DNA of 64,000 nt from Candidatus Latescibacterota bacterium (lineage in GTDB: Bacteria; Latescibacterota; UBA2968), in contig OZ240241.1 in the NCBI GenBank assembly GCA_965198115.1, forward strand, positions 4,640,001-4,704,000, written 5' to 3'. Every line of letters begins with the position of its first letter. Position 1 is the stretch's first letter. Under the pieces are notes generated by a model that was not told the origin of the DNA, ran no database searches, and saw nothing but the letters and a program-made list of their open reading frames with translations. This document shows positions 21,713 to 30,804 of the stretch, one piece after another. A program made the position numbers and the translations under genes.

Positions 21713-22253
21713 TAGTGTCACGTCCCGCGTATAAGCTTCAAAAGTTTATGGACTTTCTCGAGGATTGAATCTGCCGTGGCGGTCCAGACGAAGGGTGTAG
21801 AATTCTCGTTGTAGTGATCAGTGAATTTCTTGATGCAGGCGATCAGGTCCTTGACGCTTCTGAAGGTGCCTCGTCGAATGGCTCTTTGGGTGATGATACC
21901 GAACCAGATCTCTACCTGGTTCAGCCAGGAGGCATATGTTGGTGTGTAGTGCACGTGATATCGTTTCCGTGAGGCGAGCCAACGCTTGACGTTCGGGTGC
22001 TTGTGCGTGCCGTAATTATCGACGACCAGATGGATGTCGAGATCCTTTGGGACGTTCTTGTCGATGTGCTTGAGGAACTGAAGGAACTCTTTGTTGCGGT
22101 GTCTGGGCTTGCACTGAGTCAGAACTTTGCCGGATGCGATGTTGAGCGCTGCAAAGAGGGTGGTCGTGCCGTTCCGGATATAGCTGTGAGTGACGCCCTC
22201 GACGTATCCGAGACCCAAAGGAAGAATCGGTTGTGTCCGTTCGAGTGCTTGAA

Positions 22254-23627
22254 GAGTTCAGGTCAATAGGTGTGTAAAAGAAATCAGGCGGCCATCTTCC
22301 CGGTTTCGACCTGCGGTCCGGTTGAGTGTTTCTGATCGTAGACTTGTTGTAGCAAGTGTGGCGCGGTGAGTTTCCTGAATCGGCTCTCTGCGACCTTGAG
22401 CGTACGCCAGATGAGAGCCGTGGCGTTCCTGACTTTCTTGAATCGCCTGGCGGCGTTTGTGCGAAGCCGAACGGAAGCAAAGGGGCTCTCGACGACGTTC
22501 GTGGTTCTCAGGTGTTTCCAGTGTTCCTTCGGGAAGTCGTAGAACGTGACCATCCGATCCCAGTCTCTTTCGAGCGTCTCCACGGCGGCAGGGAACTGTG
22601 AGCGATACCGTGCGGCAAAGCGTTTCCGGAGCTTCTCGGCCTCCTTTTTCGTGCCGGCATAGGGGATCTGGACGAGCAGTGCGCGGGCTTCAGCCTGTGC
22701 ACGCTTGGCGACCTTGTCGAGCACGTTGAGGATCTTGTGGTTCCAGCACCGTTGTTGCCGGCTCTCTGGCCAGACCTGATCAACGGCCGCCCAGATGCCC
22801 ATATTCCCGTCCGCGGCGATCAGGACAGGATGTTCGAGCCCGCGATCCCGGAGATCCCGGAGCACCGTGAGCCAGGATTCTGTAGACTCTCGATAACCGG
22901 GTTCTATCGCCAGGATCTCCTTGCTGCCGTCGCTCATCGCGCCGATCACGACCAGCAGACACGCCTTCTCGCGCTCGAGCCCGGCTTTGACGTAGATGCC
23001 ATCAGCCCAGGCGTAGACCAGTTCGCGATTATCCAGACGCCTTTCTTTCCAGTCCTGGAAGTCGACCTCCCACTTCCCTCGAAGACGAGCGATCGAGGTC
23101 GGCGAAAGCGGCGCGCCATCACCGAGCAGCGCACGCAAAGACAACTCGAAGTCGCCCTGGGAGAGACCGTGGAGATAAAGGTCGGGAAGCAGATCTCCAA
23201 TGGCCCTGGTTCTCCGGGCGAACAGGGGGAGGATGCGGCTTTCAAACCGCTCTTCCAGACCACGAACCCGGGGACGCCGGACCTTGATCGTTCCGCAGCT
23301 CGTCGAGAGACGCCGGGGCTTGCCGTAGCCGTTCCTGTAGCCCCTGGAGCTATCGACCTCGGCTCGGCGCTCATACCACGACCGGCCCAAGAACGCGGTC
23401 GCCTCCTCCTCCAGAATGGACTGGAACCGGCCCTGGATCTCTTCACGGATCCAATCGTCAACCGTCTCCCACGTCGGCATGGACTTCAATGGGGCTCTAT
23501 GCGTATGTTCCTTCACGGCGATCCTCCTTCCCAACCGGGCCTCTCACCCGGTTTTGTGTGAATCAACTATCTCACGGGAAGGGTAGGGTCGCCCTTTCTC
23601 TTTTTCCACACCTTTTGATTATAGCTC
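22254..23627 (-). mobile_element. IS256-family insertion sequence
   Basis: 9-bp TSD GTGCTTGAA (22245-22253, 23628-23636); imperfect IRs GAGTTCAGGTCAATAGGTGTG / GAGCTATAATCAAAAGGTGTG. Confidence 0.93.
22284..23534 (-). CDS. IS256 (Mutator-like) transposase
   Basis: YRNGY, WADGIYVK, ADG, QQRCWNHK, LRTTNVVES. Confidence 0.95.
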   Translation of the reverse strand: MGRRIAVKEHTHRAPLKSMPTWETVDDWIREEIQGRFQSILEEEATAFLGRSWYERRAEVDSSRGYRNGYGKPRRLSTSCGTIKVRRPRVRGLEERFESRILPLFARRTRAIGDLLPDLYLHGLSQGDFELSLRALLGDGAPLSPTSIARLRGKWEVDFQDWKERRLDNRELVYAWADGIYVKAGLEREKACLLVVIGAMSDGSKEILAIEPGYRESTESWLTVLRDLRDRGLEHPVLIAADGNMGIWAAVDQVWPESRQQRCWNHKILNVLDKVAKRAQAEARALLVQIPYAGTKKEAEKLRKRFAARYRSQFPAAVETLERDWDRMVTFYDFPKEHWKHLRTTNVVESPFASVRLRTNAARRFKKVRNATALIWRTLKVAESRFRKLTAPHLLQQVYDQKHSTGPQVETGKMAA

Positions 23628-24265
23628 GTGCTTGAATCTGGCTCTTCTCGTCTACACAGAGCACCATCGCGTTGTCCGGTGGGTTCAGGTATAGACCGAC
23701 GATATCCCTGACTTTCTCGACGAAGAAGGGATCGTTCGACAGTTTGAAGTGCTTCTGTCGATGCGGTTGCAGGCCAAAAGCTTTCCATACACGTTGAACC
23801 GAGGACTTGGAGAGCCCCGTCTCGTCGGCCATCGAACGACAGGTCCAGTGGGTGGCACCCTTCGGTTGCTTCTTGAGCGTCTTGTAGATGAGGGAGGAGA
23901 TCTCTTCGTCGCTGACCGACCGTGGCCCTCCAGGACGCAATTCGTCATACAGTCCCATCAAGCCTTGCTCGCAGAAGCGACGACGCCACTTGCCGACAGA
24001 CGCTCCGGACAACCCGACTCGTTCCGCGATCTCCTGATTGGTCAGACCGCAATCGCTCATCAAGACGATCTTCGCGCGACGCACCAAAGCGTGAGACATG
24101 CTACGCGAACGAGACAATGACTCGAGTTGATCGTGGACCTCATCACTGATGTTCAGTGGCTGTAACGGACGACCTCTAGCCATCGGTTCCTCCCAAGAAT
24201 GAGTGCTTGAGGAACCATACGACAGAATCGAATATTTTTCTAGTTATTCCCGGGACGTGACACTA

Positions 24266-25431
24266 GTGTCACGTCCCGCGTATAAGCTTCAAAAGTTTAT
24301 GGACTTTCTCGAGGATTGAATCTGCCGTGGCGGTCCAGACGAAGGGTGTAGAATTCTCGTTGTAGTGATCAGTGAATTTCTTGATGCAGGCGATCAGGTC
24401 CTTGACGCTTCTGAAGGTGCCTCGTCGAATGGCTCTTTGGGTGATGATACCGAACCAGATCTCTACCTGGTTCAGCCAGGAGGCATATGTTGGTGTGTAG
24501 TGCACGTGATATCGTTTCCGTGAGGCGAGCCAACGCTTGACGTTCGGGTGCTTGTGCGTGCCGTAATTATCGACGACCAGATGGATGTCGAGATCCTTTG
24601 GGACGTTCTTGTCGATGTGCTTGAGGAACTGAAGGAACTCTTTGTTGCGGTGTCTGGGCTTGCACTGAGTCAGAACTTTGCCGGATGCGATGTTGAGCGC
24701 TGCAAAGAGGGTGGTCGTGCCGTTCCGGATATAGCTGTGAGTGACGCCCTCGACGTATCCGAGACCCAAAGGAAGAATCGGTTGTGTCCGTTCGAGTGCT
24801 TGAATCTGGCTCTTCTCGTCTACACAGAGCACCATCGCGTTGTCCGGTGGGTTCAGGTATAGACCGACGATATCCCTGACTTTCTCGACGAAGAAGGGAT
24901 CGTTCGACAGTTTGAAGTGCTTCTGTCGATGCGGTTGCAGTCCAAAAGCTTTCCATACACGTTGAACCGAGGACTTGGAGAGCCCCGTCTCGTCGGCCAT
25001 CGAACGACAGGTCCAGTGGGTGGCACCCTTCGGTTGCTTCTTGAGCGTCTTGTAGATGAGGGAGGAGATCTCTTCGTCGCTGACCGACCGTGGCCCTCCA
25101 GGACGCAATTCGTCATACAGTCCCATCAAGCCTTGCTCGCAGAAGCGACGACGCCACTTGCCGACAGACGCTCCGGACAACCCGACTCGTTCCGCGATCT
25201 CCTGATTGGTCAGACCGCAATCGCTCATCAAGACGATCTTCGCGCGACGCACCAAAGCGTGAGACATGCTACGCGAACGAGACAATGACTCGAGTTGATC
25301 GTGGACCTCATCACTGATGTTCAGTGGCTGTAACGGACGACCTCTAGCCATCGGTTCCTCCCAAGAATGAGTGCTTGAGGAACCATACGACAGAATCGAA
25401 TATTTTTCTAGTTATTCCTGGGACGTGACAC
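24266..25431 (-). mobile_element. IS630-family element copy B (intact, 1166 bp)
   Basis: Same IRs; separated from copy A by a single TA (24264-24265); ends CAC-TA-G. Confidence 0.95.
24269..25351 (-). CDS. IS630 transposase
   Basis: HTH N-terminus, VDEKSQIQAL, VDNYGTHK, SWLNQVEIWF (DDE). Confidence 0.95.
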   Translation of the reverse strand: MARGRPLQPLNISDEVHDQLESLSRSRSMSHALVRRAKIVLMSDCGLTNQEIAERVGLSGASVGKWRRRFCEQGLMGLYDELRPGGPRSVSDEEISSLIYKTLKKQPKGATHWTCRSMADETGLSKSSVQRVWKAFGLQPHRQKHFKLSNDPFFVEKVRDIVGLYLNPPDNAMVLCVDEKSQIQALERTQPILPLGLGYVEGVTHSYIRNGTTTLFAALNIASGKVLTQCKPRHRNKEFLQFLKHIDKNVPKDLDIHLVVDNYGTHKHPNVKRWLASRKRYHVHYTPTYASWLNQVEIWFGIITQRAIRRGTFRSVKDLIACIKKFTDHYNENSTPFVWTATADSILEKVHKLLKLIRGT

Positions 25432-25454
25432 TAGATTCCTCACAGGAACGCACA

Positions 25455-26900
25455 ATGAGTCGACGTCGCATTTTAACGATCGCAACGCTCGCTGCTCTCC
25501 TGCCAGATCCTGCACCGGCTCAAGAACAGGATCTGGTCGAAGGTCAGACACTCTACGATCAGGCCTGCGCCAAGTGTCACGGCGCCGACCTTCAGGGCGG
25601 CAAGGCTCAGAGTTTGATCGACGGTGTCTGGCAGTTCGGATCCTCGAGCAGTGACATTCGACGCAACATCAAACACGGGATCGCGCACCCGGGGATGCCC
25701 GCGTTCGACGGCGCACTGACCGACGACCAAATGCGCTCGATCGTGGCCTACATCGAACAGAAAGAGGAAGAAGCCGGCGTCGATCCCCCGCCCATCCCTT
25801 CGATCCTTCAGTCCATCAACTATCTGCACATCGACGTGGAGATCTTCGCAGAAGGACTCGAGATCCCGTGGGGCATCGACTTTCCGACTGCCAACACGGC
25901 CTTGATCACCGAGCGCCCTGGCCGTCTTCGAGTCGTTCGTGACGGAACGTTGATGGCCGAGCCAGTAAACGGGATTCCCGAAGTTGTGGCCGAAAGTCAG
26001 GGCGGCCTGATGGATGTTGCCATCGATTCGGGCCACGACCAGAACGGTTGGATCTACCTGTCCTACAGCCACAAGCTCGAAGGTATCCCCGAGGGCAAGC
26101 GGCGCGAGCTCGCGATGACCCGCATCGTACGTGGGAGAATCCAGAACAACACGTGGGTTGACCAGCAAGTCTTTTTCGAAGCGCCCCACGAAACCTATCT
26201 GACAACCCGCCATCATTATGGTTGCCGCATCGTGTTCGACCCGGACGGCTACCTATTCTTCGCCATCGGCGACCGCGGTCGTTCCAGCCAGGCCCAGGAA
26301 CTGACCCGACCTAACGGAAAGATTCACCGAATCCATCGCGATGGGCGGGTCCCCGATGACAACCCATTCACGAAGACTGACGAAGCCTTGCCCAGCATCT
26401 ACTCCTACGGACATCGGAATCCGCAAGGTCTCGCCATTCACCCCGAAACAGGCAAACTGTGGATCACCGAGCACGGACCGATGGGTGGCGATGAGCTGAA
26501 CCTCATCGAAGCCGGCCTCAACTACGGCTGGCCCGAGGTTTCATACGGTCTCAACTACGACGGGACGATCGTCACCGAACACGTGTCCTTGCCTGGCATG
26601 GAACAGCCAAACTGGTTCTGGCGACCCTCCATTGCGGTGTGCGGACTGGATTTCGTGAATGGGAGTCTTTTCAAGAGCTGGGAAAACCGTCTTCTCGTCG
26701 GCGCGCTCAAGTACGAAGAAGTCCAACTGCTGACGATCCACGACAATCGAGTCCTCCACTACGAAACCGTCCTCAAGAACGCCGGACGTGTCCGCGACGT
26801 CCAAACAGGCCCCGACGGCGCCATCTACATCGTCCTCAACAGACCTGGCACGGTTCTGAGGCTCACCCCGGGCGAGGGCCCGATGCCTCTCGACGAATAA
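25455..26900 (+). CDS. Cytochrome c + PQQ-dependent glucose/sorbosone dehydrogenase fusion, exported
   Basis: Signal peptide, CAKCH heme motif, QGGLMDV, HYGCRI, YGHRNPQG, EHGPMGGDELN, GRVRDV. Confidence 0.9.
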   Translation: MSRRRILTIATLAALLPDPAPAQEQDLVEGQTLYDQACAKCHGADLQGGKAQSLIDGVWQFGSSSSDIRRNIKHGIAHPGMPAFDGALTDDQMRSIVAYIEQKEEEAGVDPPPIPSILQSINYLHIDVEIFAEGLEIPWGIDFPTANTALITERPGRLRVVRDGTLMAEPVNGIPEVVAESQGGLMDVAIDSGHDQNGWIYLSYSHKLEGIPEGKRRELAMTRIVRGRIQNNTWVDQQVFFEAPHETYLTTRHHYGCRIVFDPDGYLFFAIGDRGRSSQAQELTRPNGKIHRIHRDGRVPDDNPFTKTDEALPSIYSYGHRNPQGLAIHPETGKLWITEHGPMGGDELNLIEAGLNYGWPEVSYGLNYDGTIVTEHVSLPGMEQPNWFWRPSIAVCGLDFVNGSLFKSWENRLLVGALKYEEVQLLTIHDNRVLHYETVLKNAGRVRDVQTGPDGAIYIVLNRPGTVLRLTPGEGPMPLDE

Positions 26901-26920
26901 ATTCCGGTGTACACAAAAAA

Positions 26921-28347
26921 GGCTCTATCCGGGTTTCTCAACGGTGAAACTATAGAATGACAAGGTCATAGATCGTTCCCTACGCTTGGTTGTGTGTGTA
27001 GGACAATCAAAGCGAAGGGGGTGCGACCTATGACCGGGAGCAGATTACTATCGAAACTGCTGAGATTCAAGGGGTTCCGTGTTGTCAGCTGGTGGTTTGA
27101 GGGGAGAAGCTGCTTCGTCATCGCCGTAAAGCCACATAAGAATGGTTGTTGTTGTCCGGAGTGCGGCCGTCGAGGTAAAATCGTCCGCACAATGCCCCAT
27201 CCGCGTCGGTGGCGTGACATTCCGGTGTGCGGGTGGAGGGTCTGGCTTCTCTACCATCCTCGGGAGATTCGGTGTCCTACCCACGGTCGTGTGGTCGAGG
27301 AGATTCCGTGGGCGGAGCGGTTCTCTCGGGTGACGTATCGCTTCGAGTATGCCATGCTGCGCTACTGCCAGACCATGACGCAGAAGGCGGCGTCCGAGTT
27401 GCTGCGCATCTCTGCCTCGACGCTGTCGGATCTCCTTCACCGATCCATCACGCGGCTTCGTGAAGGTCATCGTATCCGAGGGCTCAAAACCATCGGGATC
27501 GACGAGATCTCCTACGCCAAGCGTCACAGGTACGCCACGCTCGTTTACGATCTGGACCGCTCCTGCGTGGTGTGGGTTGGCCGCGGCAGGGCGCGTAAAA
27601 CGATCGATCGGTTCTTCACAGAGGCTCTCAGTCCCTACCAGAGATCCAAGATCGAGTGGGCCTGCTGCGACATGAGCGAAGCTTGAAGCTTACATCGGAG
27701 CCATCCAGGAACACTGTCCGAATGCCAAGCTGGTCCTCGATCGCTTTCACATCGTCAAGGCTCTCAATGCCGCCGTTGACGAGGTCCGTAAGGACCAGTG
27801 GCGTAAAGCTGCCCCGGATGAGCGCAAAGCCATGAAGGGTCTCCGATGGCTCCTCTACCGGCACTCAGCGACACGCTCCAGAGGGGATACTCGGACACTC
27901 AAAGCACTGGAGAAGGCGAACTACCGAATCTATAGAGCCTGGAGACTCAAGGACGAGTTCGAGCAGTTCTGGGAATACAAAGCGCCCTGGGCTGCCGAAC
28001 GCTTCCTGAAATGCTGGACGACGTCCGCACTCAGAAGTCGACTTGAACCCCTGCGAAAGTTCGTCAGGACCCTGCGACAGCACTTCTTCGGCGTCCTCGC
28101 ATTCGTGAACACGCGTCTTACCAACGCCATCGCCGAAGGCCTCAACCGAATCGTCCAAATCGTCAAGAACCGAGCCAGCGGATTCCGCACACTCGACGCA
28201 TTCAACGATATGATCTTCCTTACCGTCGGAGACATAAACATCCCTGAGCAGATTCCGAAGAGGTTCCGCACACGCTAACCGCGCCCCGATGCCAGGAACC
28301 ACGGCACCTTCACCCACTTCAGCTCGTTGAGAGATCCGGATATAGCC
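26921..28347 (+). mobile_element. ISL3-family insertion sequence, copy 2
   Basis: Same IRs as copy 1 in opposite orientation; direct repeat CACAAAAAA at 26912-26920 and 28348-28356. Confidence 0.95.
27030..28278 (+). pseudogene. ISL3 transposase inactivated by a 7-bp tandem duplication
   Basis: GAAGCTTGAAGCTT at ~27678-27691 versus a single GAAGCTT in copy 1; creates a stop at 27686. Confidence 0.9.
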
Positions 28348-28350
28348 CAC

Positions 28351-28379
28351 AAAAAAGGCTCCGCCATCCCGGCGAAGCC
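28351..28379 (-). terminator. Intrinsic terminator of the minus-strand PhyH gene
   Basis: Minus strand GGCTTCGCC-GGGAT-GGCGGAGCC-TTTTTT. Confidence 0.75.
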
Positions 28380-28411
28380 GTCTCTACGCTTGTCTTGTCA
28401 ATGGTCACCGG

Positions 28412-29409
28412 TCAGTGGTCATTCCCACCGCCGACTGCCGACCGCTCACGGGTTCTCTCTCTCTCTTCCAACGGCGTCCAGCCCTTACCCGGGCGATCGA
28501 TCTTCACCTTGTCCCACTGTTCCCGCAACTTCGCGAACTCGTCGGCATCCGTCAGTTCTTTTCCTGGCTCCTTGGGATCCCGAATCACGAAATAGGCTTC
28601 CCCAGGGAAACACGCCATCGTTACAGGATCCCGTTCCGGCGTATAGTCTGACGGCACCTCTCCGACGTTGCTCGGGACACTCGCATCCTGATACCGGAGA
28701 TCCATACTCCACCGAACAACCTCCGTGTTGTTCTCGAAGGATGCGTGCGGCGTCATGGCGGTCATGAACAGAACCGACCCCGCTGCCATTTCAACGGGCA
28801 TCGCCCCCTGGGGCACCTCCTCAGGTGCAATCTCCAGAAAGCCGGCGTGACCGCCTGTATAGTGCTGAATGATCCCTTTGTCCTGAACTTTAGGAATCAC
28901 CCACAGACAGCCGTTTTCGAGCGTGGAATCCACCAGCGGGACCCAACAGGTCACCATTTTATGTTCGTAGCAATGGGACAAGGAATAGCCAGCGTCCTGG
29001 TGCACGGGACCTCCCCCCGCAGGTACCCGGGCACCTTGGGCCGAATCCTGTAGATCGATGTCGCGACGATGTCGGGGCCGATGATGTCTTCGATGCAATC
29101 GATCAGAGGGCGATGTCGGAGTGCCTTCAGGATACCTGGACCGTGAAATCGTCCCGACGAGATCGTCATAAGCACCTCGTGGGCCGCATCGGGGTCGTGT
29201 CGATGAATCTTCGTAAGCCGCGTCTCGAACGACTCATCCCCGAAGTCCCGATCCAGCTTCCCCTCTCCCATCAGCTCATCGCACTTCTCCTGAATCGCCC
29301 CCGTCAAACCGTCCCGCAGAGGCTCCAGGTCCTTGTCTGAGTAGACCCCGTCTTTGACGAGGTACCCGAGTGTGTTGAATTGTTCTATCTCTTCCGTTGT
29401 CAGACCCAT
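28412..29409 (-). CDS. PhyH family Fe/2OG oxygenase, frameshift near 29003
   Basis: MGLTTEEIEQFNTLGY...RPKVP then (W)HQDAGY, ENGCLWVIP, TPHASFEN; one G is missing from TGG. Confidence 0.88.
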
Positions 29410-29675
29410 TCGATGTGACTCCACGTTCGCCGGCTTGTGTCATCTATTCGCACTAAGTAAAAGATACCGTCAAACTGTGCGGAAGCCTGCCCCGAACGAA
29501 TGTGAGGGGAAGTGTCGGGCCTCGAAAGACACCAGGCAAGTCTGTTCTGACGCTTCACCGAATCGGGTTTCCCCCCACTTATACGTGTCGCGACAGGCGC
29601 CGGTAGGCTCTCACCTCCACGGATTTCTGTTCCAACTGCGGCGTACCCTCCCAACATCCGTGCCAACCCAGGGTT

Positions 29676-29730
29676 TGACCGCCTCCGTCGGATCGGCGCC
29701 CTGGGCTAAGTTCTGCCGCCCCTACAGGGC
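29676..29730. repeat. REP-like element CCCAGGG...CCCTGGGCT...GCCCCTACAGGGC
   Basis: Two-hairpin architecture resembling REP-type intergenic repeats; single copy in the window. Confidence 0.45.
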
Positions 29731-29960
29731 GGAAAGCTTCGCATTGACATCGTGACATCAGGCAGCCGGACGAACCTCGATCTCTTCCCCGAATCGGTCT
29801 CCGAATCCACGGACACTCCCCATTTCGTGTTCATCCGTGTTCAGGCGCCTGCCCTGAGCGCAGTCGAAGGGTGGTTCCCCCGCCTCTACGCCCTTTCGCA
29901 GATTCTCCTGGTTCGTTATCCTGCGGGAGCAACGATCCCACCTCACACACGAGACCATCT

Positions 29961-30803
29961 ATGACCGAAGACGAAAAATACCTCTTCGACATCAACGGCT
30001 ACATCGTCGTGCGCGATGTTCTCTCCGATGAGGAAGTTGCGAAGGCCAACGAAGCCATCGATCACCACGCCGACAAGATCCGCGAACGTGTCGGCGACCT
30101 TTCCCTCTCACGCGACTCGAAGACACTAAAGGGCATCACGGGCCGGGGCGATCTGGGTGGTCTGCTGGCCTGGGAGAAGCCCTGGCGAGACCCTTTCCGC
30201 GCGATGATCGCGCATCCACGTATCGTGCCCTACCTGCACGAGATTCTAGGGCCCGGCTTTCGGATGGACCACAACGCCGGATTGATCACGATGCGAGAGG
30301 GCGCCGAGGGCCACACGTTCCACGGCTCGTCAGGCCCCGGTTTCGACCCTCACCAATACTACATCTTCAAAAATGGACGAATGCACAACGGCCTGACGGT
30401 CGCGTCCTGGCAGCTGGCCGACACGAACCCCGGAGACGGCGGCTTCTGCCTGATCCCGGGCAGTCACAAAGGTAACTTCACCTGTCCGGAGGCAATACGG
30501 AAATACGAGATCCATCGGGAATTCATCAAACAGATCACGGCCAAGGCGGGCGACGTCGTCATCTTCACCGAAGCCACGACGCACGGGACGCTCCCGTGGA
30601 AAGCCAAGCATCAGCGTCGCTCGCTCCTCTTCCGGTTTTCCCCCAACTGTCTGGCCTACGCCAAAAGCTACCTCCCCTGGCCAGAAGGAATGCTCGACGA
30701 TCTGACGCCCGAACAACAGGCCATTCTCGAACCGCCCTATCACACACGTCTGGACCGCCCGATGCTGGACGATGCGGGCAAACTGCCTACGTCAGGAGCC
30801 TGA
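29961..30803 (+). CDS. PhyH family protein with non-canonical H-G-S metal motif
   Basis: YLFDINGY, TFHGSSG, DGGFCLIPGSHK, GDVVIFTEATTHGT...RRS. Confidence 0.85.
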   Translation: MTEDEKYLFDINGYIVVRDVLSDEEVAKANEAIDHHADKIRERVGDLSLSRDSKTLKGITGRGDLGGLLAWEKPWRDPFRAMIAHPRIVPYLHEILGPGFRMDHNAGLITMREGAEGHTFHGSSGPGFDPHQYYIFKNGRMHNGLTVASWQLADTNPGDGGFCLIPGSHKGNFTCPEAIRKYEIHREFIKQITAKAGDVVIFTEATTHGTLPWKAKHQRRSLLFRFSPNCLAYAKSYLPWPEGMLDDLTPEQQAILEPPYHTRLDRPMLDDAGKLPTSGA

Positions 30804-30804
30804 C

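Larger units (their letters stand above)
21718..24183 (-). pseudogene. IS630 transposase split by IS256 insertion
   Basis: N-half (23572..24183) and C-half (21718..22218) match the intact 24269..25351 protein. Confidence 0.92.
21715..24263 (-). mobile_element. IS630-family element copy A, interrupted by IS256
   Basis: IR GTGTCACGTCCC/GGGACGTGACAC flanked by TA; 2549 bp = 1166 + 1374 + 9-bp TSD. Confidence 0.95.

Noticed and set aside
5449-28347. Composite transposon bounded by the two ISL3 copies
   Set aside because: Each copy has its own distinct target duplication, indicating independent insertions
29430-29600. Cobalamin riboswitch-like GGGAA segments
   Set aside because: B12-box and other conserved elements were not found, and flanking genes are unrelated
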